Of a DNA stretch of 62,686 nt, positions 29,080 to 38,678 are shown in pieces. The notes beneath the pieces were generated by a model, which had not been told where the DNA came from, ran no database searches, and was given only the letters and a program-made list of their open reading frames with translations. The position numbers were made by a program, and so were the translations under genes. Positions within the stretch are counted from its first letter, which is position 1; every line of letters starts with the position of its first letter. Origin of the DNA: an uncultured Bacteroidaceae bacterium. GTDB lineage: Bacteria > Bacteroidota > Bacteroidia > Bacteroidales > GCA-2748055. Location: NCBI GenBank assembly GCA_964426915.1, contig CAYRTD010000005.1, forward strand, positions 1-62,686, read 5' to 3'.

Positions 29080-32000
29080 ATGAAAAGAAAACTACTGCTA
29101 TTTACGGTCTTTTTATTATGCTTCGCAGTTTCGCTTATGGCTCAGAAAAGGGAAGTAACAGGTACCGTAATTGACAAAGACGGAACTCCGTTAATGGGTG
29201 TTACCGTTATCGAAACAGGTACAACTAATGGAACCATAACCGATACCCGGGGAAACTTCACCATTAGTATCGATCCGGAAAGCAAACTTACTTTCAGGTT
29301 TGTAGGGCTCGCCACCAGAACGGTTGAGGTCACTTCCGATGATATGATCGTCGAAATGAAGGAAGATTTCCTCAATCTCGATGAAGTACAAGTGGTAGCA
29401 TATGGTACAAAAACCAAACGTGAAATTTCAGGATCTATATCAAGCATAGATAGTGAGGTAATCGAGGGGAATATAAACACATCTGTAATTTCCGGACTTA
29501 CAGGCCGGAGCGCTGGTCTTGATATTTCCAATTCGGCCGATGGTCGAAATGCTTCAATAAGAGTAAGGGGTGTATCTTCTTTAAAATCAGATTCGGACCC
29601 GCTCGTAGTCGTTGATGGGATGCCAACTGGTCAGGGACTGAATGAAATTAATCCTCAGGATATTAGTTCAATTGATGTATTAAAAGATGCCGCAGCTTCC
29701 ATACTCTATGGATCACGGGCTGCCAATGGGGTAATACTGATAACCACTAAACAGGGTGAGACAGGGAAAACCAAAGTCAATGTGAGTTATCAGCATGGTT
29801 TTCTTTTACCTTCTGTTACCGATATACCCACAATGAATGCAGAACAATGGAGATCTGTGTATACAACTGCCGCAACGAACCGTTATGGAGAAGCTGCCCG
29901 TTTTGACAACCCTTCCGATGGTGTCGACGGCTTTTATTCATGGGATCAGTATGATCCTGACACAGGAGAACTGCTTCATGAAGCTTCAAACTATGATACC
30001 GATTGGCTGGAAATGGTGATGAAAGATAATGGTAGTTTTGATCGTTTTACTCTAAGCGCCTCCGGTGGTTCTGAAAAGACTACTTTTTATGCCTCCGCAT
30101 TGTACAGAAAAGATGATGGTTACCTCCAGGCTACTGATGAGCAAAGGATTAACTTCCGGTTAAATGTCAGACATAATTTTAACAAATGGTTGCGGGCAGG
30201 AATCAATCTGTCCGGAAACTATCGTGAACCCGATGCCTTCAGTGGAATGGGAGGATATAAAACTGCACAAACAAGTGCTTTACCGATCTATCCCCTTATG
30301 TCACCTTCAAATCCCGATCGTTACTGGTATGAATCCCAGCTTGCACCAAATTTTGTTGCAGAGCATAACTATTCTGCCAGCTTCAAAAAAAATCTCGGTT
30401 TCCTTAATTCTGTATTTTTGGAACTTGAACCCCTGGAAAACCTGATCATTCGTTCAGAGTGGCAAAGCGATTATTCCGTGAATGAGTCCCAGAACTGGAG
30501 TCATCCCTATATAAATCCTCCGGGTACCGGCGCGGGTGGAGGATTTGGCATGACCACCGTAAATAAGAATGAAGGCCATACATGGAATACCAATAATACT
30601 GCTGAATACAATACCTCCGTGGGAGATCATAAACTGGGGCTTCTTATTGGGGGGAATGTTCTGAGTGGTTATGGAGGAAGCAGTACCGCTTTTCAGGAAC
30701 AAATACCCAATACTACCTTTAAATTTAGTAACGGACAGTACGATCGCCTTGAGCGTGTGGCTTCCGGTTGGGGAAGCAGAAGATTCGTTTCAGGACTTTC
30801 AAGATTAAATTATTCCTTTAAAGACAGGTATTTCCTTGAGGGATCCTACAGGAAAGACGGATCATCTAAATTCGGAAGCGATATGCGCTGGGGCGATTTT
30901 GCCGGTATCTCAGGAAGCTGGATTTTTAGTGACGAAGCTTTTTTTGAGAATATCTTGCCTTTCCTCTATTTCGGCCGTTTCAGGGCAAGCTGGGGAGAAG
31001 TTGGAAATGCCCAAACCGGTGGTGATTTTGAGTATCTGGGAACTTCTCTTACCTGGTTTAATTATGGGGGCTATCGCGGAGAGGGCTTTGAAAATATTGG
31101 AAATTCTTCGCTCCAATGGGAAACAACCAAACAAACGGATATAGGCATGGATGTTGCCCTTTTCAGGGGTCGAATTTCACTTAATATAGATTATTACCAT
31201 AAATTATCGGAAGACCTCTTATTATCTTACCGTATAGGTCAGTTTCATGGCTACTGGAGTTCCAGTATTACTCAGAATGTAGGTTCTCTACAGTTTAAAG
31301 GCTGGGAGTATACCCTCCGAACGATCAATTTTGAAAGTTCGAGGGACGGATTTCGCTGGATAACGGATATTAACCTGACAACTCAACAGTCAGAAGTTCT
31401 GAAACTATCAAATAATGCACATAATCTCGTTGATCAGGCAAATATTGCTGTTGTGGGGCAACCTCTTGGATCATACTACCTTGCCCAGTGGGCTGGAGTT
31501 CACCCGGTTACCGGCCATGAATTGATTTACGATGTTGATCCTGTAAATTTTCTCCTTAACCCTGCCGCTACATACCTGAAAGATCTAACCGGCGGAGTGA
31601 TGGACGCACATACTATGCTCGATGGAGAATATCTGAATAACAGGGTGATTGATCCCGATAAATCTCCCTATCCTGATTTTTATGGAGGATTCACAAATAC
31701 ATTTATGTATAAAGGAATCGAATTATCGGTTCACCTGGCATATCAGTTCGGAAATTGGTATTACGATAATATGGAACAAAGTAAAAGCTATATCTCTGCT
31801 ACTTCAAATGGTTCACCAGAATTACTCAATGGATGGACCCGGGAAAATCCGACAAATATTCCTCTGATACTGGATTCTCCTATGGGAGGAAGATTTAATT
31901 CAAGGTTTTTGTATGATGCCTCTTATGTCAGATTGCGGGATGTATCGCTGGGATATTATTTACCTGAAAATATTCTTTCAGGATTAAAAATTGAAAAGTT

Positions 32001-32163
32001 CAGAATTTTTGCAAAAGCACAGAACACTTATCTGTGGACACGCTGGCCGGGAATTGAACCTGAAGCAACTTTTGAACCAGATGACAATATTAGTCCCGGA
32101 ATCAGAGGCTTCGTTAAGCCTATGGCCATGACATATGTTTTGGGAATTGAAATTGGTTTTTAA
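29080..32163 (+). CDS. SusC-like TonB-dependent transporter with N-terminal carboxypeptidase-regulatory-like domain
   Basis: The start is set at M30 (ATG 29080, 'MKRKLLLFTVFLLCFAVSLMAQ'). 'VTGTVIDKDGTPLMGVTVIETGTTNGTITDTRGNFTI', TonB-box region 'LDEVQVVAYGT', plug 'VLKDAAASILYGSRAANGVILITTKQG', C-terminal 'DASYVRLRDVSLGYYL'. Confidence 0.9.
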   Translation: MKRKLLLFTVFLLCFAVSLMAQKREVTGTVIDKDGTPLMGVTVIETGTTNGTITDTRGNFTISIDPESKLTFRFVGLATRTVEVTSDDMIVEMKEDFLNLDEVQVVAYGTKTKREISGSISSIDSEVIEGNINTSVISGLTGRSAGLDISNSADGRNASIRVRGVSSLKSDSDPLVVVDGMPTGQGLNEINPQDISSIDVLKDAAASILYGSRAANGVILITTKQGETGKTKVNVSYQHGFLLPSVTDIPTMNAEQWRSVYTTAATNRYGEAARFDNPSDGVDGFYSWDQYDPDTGELLHEASNYDTDWLEMVMKDNGSFDRFTLSASGGSEKTTFYASALYRKDDGYLQATDEQRINFRLNVRHNFNKWLRAGINLSGNYREPDAFSGMGGYKTAQTSALPIYPLMSPSNPDRYWYESQLAPNFVAEHNYSASFKKNLGFLNSVFLELEPLENLIIRSEWQSDYSVNESQNWSHPYINPPGTGAGGGFGMTTVNKNEGHTWNTNNTAEYNTSVGDHKLGLLIGGNVLSGYGGSSTAFQEQIPNTTFKFSNGQYDRLERVASGWGSRRFVSGLSRLNYSFKDRYFLEGSYRKDGSSKFGSDMRWGDFAGISGSWIFSDEAFFENILPFLYFGRFRASWGEVGNAQTGGDFEYLGTSLTWFNYGGYRGEGFENIGNSSLQWETTKQTDIGMDVALFRGRISLNIDYYHKLSEDLLLSYRIGQFHGYWSSSITQNVGSLQFKGWEYTLRTINFESSRDGFRWITDINLTTQQSEVLKLSNNAHNLVDQANIAVVGQPLGSYYLAQWAGVHPVTGHELIYDVDPVNFLLNPAATYLKDLTGGVMDAHTMLDGEYLNNRVIDPDKSPYPDFYGGFTNTFMYKGIELSVHLAYQFGNWYYDNMEQSKSYISATSNGSPELLNGWTRENPTNIPLILDSPMGGRFNSRFLYDASYVRLRDVSLGYYLPENILSGLKIEKFRIFAKAQNTYLWTRWPGIEPEATFEPDDNISPGIRGFVKPMAMTYVLGIEIGF

Positions 32164-32185
32164 AAAAGATAACAATCATAATAAT

Positions 32186-33835
32186 ATGGACAGATTTTTT
32201 AAAATTTCGGTATTCGTTTTAATGATGGTATTTATTTTCCCATCATGTGAAAAAGCATTTAATGATTTTTTGGATGAACCCCGTATTGAAGGGAAAACAT
32301 CAACCGAAGATTACTGGGCGGCAGTAGCAGAAATGGATAAACTCATGAACGGAGGTTATGCGGTTGGTCTCGGTTTTGCAGGCAATGGCCTGGGTGCGAG
32401 CGTGTTTATGGTCGCAGCGCTTCCGGGTGATTTTGTTGCTCCTTATGAGCCCAATTATTCCCAGCTCGCCCTTACTGATCATTACCAGCGAAAAAATAAT
32501 ATTACAAACTGGGCTAGCCATACCAGGGTACTGCAGTATGCAAGTAACTCGGAGAATATCGCAAACGCAATAATAGAACATCTTGAATCCGGAGACTATG
32601 ATTCTGATCCTGATTTTAAGGTATTGGGCAAGATATTACTCGGTGAAGCCTATGCTATGCGTGCATTAATTAACCTGGAATATACAAGGTACTTCGGTAA
32701 ACAATATCATTCCAGTACGCTAAATACAAAAGCCTGGCTATATCGCAGAGCTTTCATTCAATCTGTGCAGGATGGCTATAAAAGCCGGGAAACCGTCGGA
32801 GATTCCTATCGTTTTCTTTTAGAAGATGTTGACAGGGCTATCGAACTTCTTCCCGTGGAATATGATCCCGAAATCCATCCTCAGACTTATGGAAGCAATC
32901 GCTTCCATAAAGATTTCGCCAGAGCCCTTAAAGCGGAAATACTCTTCCAGATGAATGATTTTGAAAATTGTCTGGAAGTGGTAAATGATCTGCTTGGAGG
33001 CACTGCCGGAAATCCGGCAAAATATCCCCTGGAGCAGCATGATCCGGAAACCCCGGAATCCGGCTATCCCTGGGATGTATATTATCGTTATGTAAATGAA
33101 AGCTATGGGCCTTCAAAACAGCAGGAAGTTATTTTCTCCTTCGCCTCCGATGCCGGAACCAGTCCTGTAAGAGCTGATAAAAACTGGGCCTGGGCCATGT
33201 TCCTGCCACCTAAAACAGATGAGGGTCAATCAAGAGCCGATTTTGAAAACCCAGGAAAAAGGGGGAGTTATCGGATGAGTCAGCATTTTATTGATTATGT
33301 CGATTTCGATGAGGTGAATGATCTGAGATTCCAGGAACTTATCGATGTGATTGTATCATCCGATGACAATAATACTTACTGGTGGCCAATTAAATACCAT
33401 ATGGTGAGTAATTCACCTAACGGACCTAATATTTTATGGTTTCGTTCCGGAGTATTTTTGCTAATGCGTGCAGAATGCAATGCAAGACTGGGTAACACTG
33501 CCGATGCCATTGCAGATCTCAATGCTGTGCGGAACCGTGCAGGACTTACCGATTACAGTGGGTCATCGGATGATAGCGGAGATCTTGTTCAGGATATCAT
33601 AAAAGAGAGAGCCAGGGAAATGTTCCTGGAGAGATATCGCATCTGGGAACTCTTAAGACTTGGTGCTGTCGACGGCACCTTAATTGGCCAGGGCGACAGG
33701 CTAATTGTTCCTGCTTCTAATCCCGGTTTTGATGCACTGCATACCGGACCAGGCATGATACCTTGGGACAGTGATATATGGCCATATGCTATTCCTACCA
33801 ATGAATCTATTTATAATCCGGAAATACTAAACTAA
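32186..33835 (+). CDS. SusD/RagB-family lipoprotein (paralog of 27367..28977)
   Basis: The start is set at M18 (ATG 32186, 'MDRFFKISVFVLMMVFIFPSCEKAF'). Shares the blocks 'ILFQMNDFENC', 'LWFRSGVFLLMRAECNARLGN' and 'IIKERAREMFLERYRIWELLRLG' with the first SusD. Confidence 0.82.
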   Translation: MDRFFKISVFVLMMVFIFPSCEKAFNDFLDEPRIEGKTSTEDYWAAVAEMDKLMNGGYAVGLGFAGNGLGASVFMVAALPGDFVAPYEPNYSQLALTDHYQRKNNITNWASHTRVLQYASNSENIANAIIEHLESGDYDSDPDFKVLGKILLGEAYAMRALINLEYTRYFGKQYHSSTLNTKAWLYRRAFIQSVQDGYKSRETVGDSYRFLLEDVDRAIELLPVEYDPEIHPQTYGSNRFHKDFARALKAEILFQMNDFENCLEVVNDLLGGTAGNPAKYPLEQHDPETPESGYPWDVYYRYVNESYGPSKQQEVIFSFASDAGTSPVRADKNWAWAMFLPPKTDEGQSRADFENPGKRGSYRMSQHFIDYVDFDEVNDLRFQELIDVIVSSDDNNTYWWPIKYHMVSNSPNGPNILWFRSGVFLLMRAECNARLGNTADAIADLNAVRNRAGLTDYSGSSDDSGDLVQDIIKERAREMFLERYRIWELLRLGAVDGTLIGQGDRLIVPASNPGFDALHTGPGMIPWDSDIWPYAIPTNESIYNPEILN

Positions 33836-33848
33836 ATTTTGTTCTGAA

Positions 33849-34436
33849 ATGAATACGAAAACAAAAAATATTTTTCTTTTCCTGGCGGCTCTTTTAATAA
33901 TTGCAGCCTGTGATGAGGAATATCAGCAACCTTATAATACCAGAATTGAACCGTCAGAATCCGGTCTGGAAGGGAGATGGGAAGGTGTAGAGTTAACCAA
34001 GGATTTTGCCAAGCAGCTTCTGGATTCATTGGGCAATACAGTTACTGATGAAAAAAACAGAACTGTATGGTACGATACTTCGGTTACCCTTACACAGGAT
34101 AAATGGAATGAATATATCGAATTTCAAATCCTGCAGGAGACTGATACTTTTACGATAAGTAATAACCTTGACAGTCTGAATTCCGGAATCGAAACCCAGG
34201 TTCTGAATATGCCATTGAGCACAGGTCACTGGGCAATAACCAGGACCTTAGACCCGGAGAATGAAAGCAACGATGTTTCATCGCTGACTTTTTATGATCC
34301 GAAGGACCCTCATAATTCTCTCTCATCTATAATGTGGACTATAATGGAACAAAGCCCGGACGAAATTACTTTTCAGTACTCTTTCGGTAGCGCTTCCTAT
34401 GACACATTGTTTACGAAAACTTTTCAGAAACTTTAA
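33849..34436 (+). CDS. PUL-associated small lipoprotein, unknown function
   Basis: 195 aa with lipobox 'LIIAACDEE'. It occupies the position directly after SusD that SusE/F-like surface glycan-binding proteins usually hold. No family recognised. Confidence 0.5.
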   Translation: MNTKTKNIFLFLAALLIIAACDEEYQQPYNTRIEPSESGLEGRWEGVELTKDFAKQLLDSLGNTVTDEKNRTVWYDTSVTLTQDKWNEYIEFQILQETDTFTISNNLDSLNSGIETQVLNMPLSTGHWAITRTLDPENESNDVSSLTFYDPKDPHNSLSSIMWTIMEQSPDEITFQYSFGSASYDTLFTKTFQKL

Positions 34437-34461
34437 TTATTAAATTTGTTAATTTAAAACC

Positions 34462-37400
34462 ATGCTTATGAAAAACAGAATTTTACAGAAAACCAAAAAG
34501 ATTATTGGGTTAACAGCCGCATTATTACTGGCTGTAACTTTATCTTTCGGACAGTACACCTCTACGAGAATTGCAGGAGGTGCCAGCGTCCCCCTGGGTT
34601 TGCCTGCTACTTCAGCAGCTGCTTATAATATCGGATCTCCCGGACCCATAGCGGTAGCTCCTAATGGAGATATGGCCTGGTCTGATTATTACGGAGGTAA
34701 TGGTTTGATATTCTGGGACGAAGATACAGATATGATATCACAACTTGTGGCGCAGGGTTCTTCAAACTCCGGTTTCGGAGGACAGGCCAGCGATGCTACT
34801 CTTGGAAACAGGATAATGGGTGTAGCCTTCGATAGTGATAATAACGTATACTTTTCTGTAGACCACCAGGTACTTATGGTTGATATGTCTACAGGCGTTA
34901 TCGACCTTGTAGCCGGCTCAGGAAATACCGGAACTCCGGATTTTTCACTTCCTGCTCTGGAAATCGATCTTCCTGGCGCAGCAGGTATTGCCTGGAACGA
35001 TGATGACTCAAAACTATATATTAATATTCTTGGGCGTCATATGGTTGGTGAAATGGATGCAGCCACTGGCGAAATTAAGCGGATAGTGGGTACCGGTGTA
35101 AGGGGTGATGACGGAACTACCGGCCTTGGTATTGAGAAAGATACCCGCGAACCCTTTGGTCTGGACTATATAAAAGATGCCGACGGTAATGAGTTCCTTT
35201 ACATTGCCACACAGCAAAAAAGAGTTCACAAATATAACATTCAGACAGGAATCCGGTCACTTCTTGCCGGTAATGGTGGATGGGGATATTCTGGTGATGG
35301 TGGACTGGCTGTAGATGCCCAGTTGAAACAGCCTCATGATATTACTGCTACCAATACTGCAGTTTATTTTGGTGAACATCAGGCTAATGTAGTCAGGAAA
35401 GTGGATCTCAGAACTGGTATTATAGACAAATTTGCCGGAACAAACGAATGGGGAGATGAACTGGCAGGAAATGATGGACCTGCAGATGAGGCAATTTTAT
35501 TACGTCCTGTTGGCACTGATTTCGACGGTAACGGAGACCTGATTATTGCAGAAAGAACCGCAGGACTGATCCGTAAAGTTGACATGACAACCAACATTAT
35601 ATCGGTTCTTACCGGTGATGCCACTGTCCCACCACTTCCGAGTGTAAGCGATGATCCTCCGCCTCAGGGTACTGATCTTAGTGTTGATGCCCGTGCTGTG
35701 GTATCATGGGGGGATGAGGTGTATTTCTTCGATAATATTTCTAAAACCATAGTTAAAGTCGCTACCGACGGTTCTGCAAGTATATATGCAGGAGTTGAAG
35801 GTGAAAGCGATTTCAATGGAGGAGGAGCTATCGATACAGCTCATTTCGGAGAATTCACTAGTATGATCCTTGATAGTAATGGAGATATTTTCGCCTCCGA
35901 CATTGCACATAATGTTATCTATAAAATTGACGTAAGCGAAGGAGTTGTTTCTGTGGTTGCCGGAATCGGTGGTTTATCCGGATATGATGAAACCCAGGAA
36001 GGAGGCCCGGCAACCGAAGCATTATTGAAGGGTCCTTCAGGTGTTGCCTTTAATGCTGCTGAGACTAAACTTTATATAAACGACAGGGCTAATTTTTTGA
36101 TCCGTGTTGTAGATATGACAACAGGAAATATTGACCTGTATTCCGGAAGCGGCAACAAAGGTGAAGTTACCGAATCAACCGCGTTGCTCGATGCTAAATA
36201 CCAGGATAACAGGGGTATAACTGTTGATGATGATGGGAATGTTTATGTAGTCAGCCGAAGATTTAAAAAGGTTTTTAAACTGGACGGCACAAATGTCGAC
36301 GTCTTTGCCACGGGTTTTGATCTTCCATGGGATATTTTATTTGCCGATGGTTTACTCTGGGTCAGTGACAATGGTGTTATCAGAACAATAGATCCTGCAA
36401 CTGCAGAAGTTTCCATTGTGAATAACGATGTTCCCGGATCCTGGTCATTATGGCCTGCAACCGGTAAAATTCATGTAGCCGCCACGGGTAATGGTCTTTA
36501 TACTATTGAAGTCGATCCGGCAAGCACTCTCGCAACTATTCAGGGGTATGCTGATGCTAATGATGCAAGTGCTCTGACAATTGATATGCTGGATGAATTC
36601 GGAGCTGCTACTATTGACCTGAATCTTGATGCATACCAAGCTGCTGTGGCCGATTCAACCGCTGCTACTCTACCGAATATTTCTTCAGTTCAGATGCTGG
36701 TAAGCGACGTTAATGAACAGGAGAGTGATATAGTAATAGCTGCTGTTGATGGTATGGCTGTTGATAACGATGCTTCTGCCCTTACCTTAGATCAACTTAC
36801 GATTGCAAATGTGTCGAATGTTGTAGATGCTAATCTTTCAACTTATCAGACGATGATCGCAGACTCAACCGATGTGGCAGACAAAGCTGCATTACAGGCG
36901 ATAATTGATGGTGGAAATGTGAATGTAGCATTGTCTGAAATCAATGCAATGGCAACGGGTGATGATGCATCTGCTCTTACAAACACCCTCATACTGAAAG
37001 CCGGTGCTGATCCTGCTAATCTGATGCAACATATGACCTACGATTATCTTTCGGATTATAAGGCTGCAATTGAAGCTGCCACTGGTGTAGCAACTGTTGA
37101 TGAACTCAATACCATTCTCACTGACGTTAACACTGAAGCAGAGACCCTGAAAACTTCACTCTCCCTTGGCGAGATTGATGCCATGGCCACAGCTAATGAT
37201 GCATCAGGACTTACATTTGAGATGATCTACCTGGCAGGAGCCGATATCGATGCAGTCAACCATGACTACCTTGCTTACTATAAAGCTGGTGTTGCCGATG
37301 CTGCTGATGTTGCTGATGTTGCTGCTCTGGATGCTATCATTGCGGCTGCGAATGAGGCCGGTGATGTTGCAGAAGCTGCTTTAGCCATAGCTGCAATCAA

Positions 37401-38610
37401 TAATATGGCTGTTAGTAATGATGCAAGTGAACTAAGTACTGCACTGCTTGAAGCCGCAGGAACTGAAGGTCTTAGCGTGACTATGGATCATTTTGAGGCT
37501 TATCGCACTGGAATCGAAGCGGAAGATGGTATTGCTGATCTGGCAGCATTGCAGGTCGTTATTGATGCTGCAAATATTCAGGTAGCTATCGAAAAGATCG
37601 TAGGTTATGCTGACGCAGGTGATGCTGGTGAATTGACCAATGATCTGCTGGTTGCAGCTGGTGTCGATCCCGCTTCCATTGTACCTACAAACCTTGAGGA
37701 GTACAAAGCTGCTGTTGCTAATTCTACAGGTACTGATGTGGATGATGCTGCTGAACTTCAGACACTGATTGAAGATGTTAATGAACAGGTTACTACTGAT
37801 GCTGTAGCTGCTATCCAACAAATGGCGACTGATGGTGATGCTGAGGGACTGACTGCAGATCTACTCACTGCAGCCGGTATGGATTTCGATCCGGGATATC
37901 TTGATGCATACATTGTTGCGGTTGCTAATGCAGGTTCTCTTGCCGATGCAGCAGCAATCCAGGATCTCCTGAATGAAACCACTACATGTGAGACAGTCAG
38001 AGAAATGCCAGGAACAAATGATGCAATGGATCTTACTACAGAAATGCTGAATTCACTCGGTGTGGATAATGTGTTCGATGCTAATCTTGAAGATTATCAA
38101 TTGGCTGTTTTTGATGCAGATACAGTTGAGAATTGTGGTGCTTCACTTCAGACAATAGTCGATGAAACCAATTTTAGTGTTATCCAGAACATGGCCGTTG
38201 ATGGTGATGCAGCCGATCTTACTGAAGAAATGCTGCTTGCAGTTGGCGCTACTGATGTCCGTACAGCAAAAATGGATGATTATAAAACCGCGATTGAGGA
38301 TGAATCAGACATTGCTGATCTTGCTGCACTTCAGGCGATAATTGATGCCGTGAATGTTGTAAGCGTTGAAACTTTCGGTAAAGATGCTATAAGCATTTAT
38401 CCGAATCCTTCCAATGGTGAGTTTACTATCCGCGTTGCTACAGGTAAAGCAAACATGAAGATAGTTGATATCACAGGAAGAGTTGTAATGGAAAGAGAAC
38501 TTATTCATTCCATGAATTCTATTGACCTGAGTCACGAATCCAAAGGTGTTTACTTTATTCAACTTGAGAATGAAGGTAAACTTATCAATACGAAGATGGT
38601 ACTCAGATAA
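34462..38610 (+). CDS. Giant T9SS-secreted protein: NHL-type beta-propeller repeats, 9 Ala/Asp-rich helical repeats, Por C-terminal domain
   Basis: 1382 aa with a signal peptide. Recurrent blocks of the type 'AG.G..G..GDGG.A..A.L..P.G...D..GN....', 'IRKVD' and 'IRVVD' are NHL-like. Residues ~691-1300 are repeats. The tail is 'ISIYPNPSNGEFTIRV...GVYFIQL'. Confidence 0.75.
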   Translation: MLMKNRILQKTKKIIGLTAALLLAVTLSFGQYTSTRIAGGASVPLGLPATSAAAYNIGSPGPIAVAPNGDMAWSDYYGGNGLIFWDEDTDMISQLVAQGSSNSGFGGQASDATLGNRIMGVAFDSDNNVYFSVDHQVLMVDMSTGVIDLVAGSGNTGTPDFSLPALEIDLPGAAGIAWNDDDSKLYINILGRHMVGEMDAATGEIKRIVGTGVRGDDGTTGLGIEKDTREPFGLDYIKDADGNEFLYIATQQKRVHKYNIQTGIRSLLAGNGGWGYSGDGGLAVDAQLKQPHDITATNTAVYFGEHQANVVRKVDLRTGIIDKFAGTNEWGDELAGNDGPADEAILLRPVGTDFDGNGDLIIAERTAGLIRKVDMTTNIISVLTGDATVPPLPSVSDDPPPQGTDLSVDARAVVSWGDEVYFFDNISKTIVKVATDGSASIYAGVEGESDFNGGGAIDTAHFGEFTSMILDSNGDIFASDIAHNVIYKIDVSEGVVSVVAGIGGLSGYDETQEGGPATEALLKGPSGVAFNAAETKLYINDRANFLIRVVDMTTGNIDLYSGSGNKGEVTESTALLDAKYQDNRGITVDDDGNVYVVSRRFKKVFKLDGTNVDVFATGFDLPWDILFADGLLWVSDNGVIRTIDPATAEVSIVNNDVPGSWSLWPATGKIHVAATGNGLYTIEVDPASTLATIQGYADANDASALTIDMLDEFGAATIDLNLDAYQAAVADSTAATLPNISSVQMLVSDVNEQESDIVIAAVDGMAVDNDASALTLDQLTIANVSNVVDANLSTYQTMIADSTDVADKAALQAIIDGGNVNVALSEINAMATGDDASALTNTLILKAGADPANLMQHMTYDYLSDYKAAIEAATGVATVDELNTILTDVNTEAETLKTSLSLGEIDAMATANDASGLTFEMIYLAGADIDAVNHDYLAYYKAGVADAADVADVAALDAIIAAANEAGDVAEAALAIAAINNMAVSNDASELSTALLEAAGTEGLSVTMDHFEAYRTGIEAEDGIADLAALQVVIDAANIQVAIEKIVGYADAGDAGELTNDLLVAAGVDPASIVPTNLEEYKAAVANSTGTDVDDAAELQTLIEDVNEQVTTDAVAAIQQMATDGDAEGLTADLLTAAGMDFDPGYLDAYIVAVANAGSLADAAAIQDLLNETTTCETVREMPGTNDAMDLTTEMLNSLGVDNVFDANLEDYQLAVFDADTVENCGASLQTIVDETNFSVIQNMAVDGDAADLTEEMLLAVGATDVRTAKMDDYKTAIEDESDIADLAALQAIIDAVNVVSVETFGKDAISIYPNPSNGEFTIRVATGKANMKIVDITGRVVMERELIHSMNSIDLSHESKGVYFIQLENEGKLINTKMVLR
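36532..38360 (+). repeat. Nine in-frame ~65-75-aa coding repeats inside the 1382-aa gene
   Basis: Units start at ATIQGYADANDASALT, IAAVDGMAVDNDASALT, LSEINAMATGDDASALT, LGEIDAMATANDASGLT, IAAINNMAVSNDASELS, IEKIVGYADAGDAGELT, VAAIQQMATDGDAEGLT, VREMPGTNDAMDLT and VIQNMAVDGDAADLT. Each ends ...AALQ.IID..N. They are diverged at the DNA level. Confidence 0.85.
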
Positions 38611-38630
38611 TTTTTGATTGAAATTTACTT

Positions 38631-38669
38631 AAACCACATGGCTTTTATGCCATGTGGTTTTTGTCTTTT
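38631..38669 (+). terminator. Rho-independent terminator
   Basis: Perfect 12-bp stem aaaccacatggc (38631-38642) / gccatgtggttt (38649-38660), loop ttttat, then ttgtctttt. Confidence 0.8.
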
Positions 38670-38678
38670 CTTAACATT

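Noticed and set aside
36532-38360. The Ala/Asp-rich region of the 1382-aa ORF, considered as possible non-coding low-complexity DNA or a mis-frame.
   Set aside because: The reading frame is continuous, the nine units keep a consistent amphipathic pattern, and the ORF ends in a bona fide Por tail. It is genuine coding repeat sequence.
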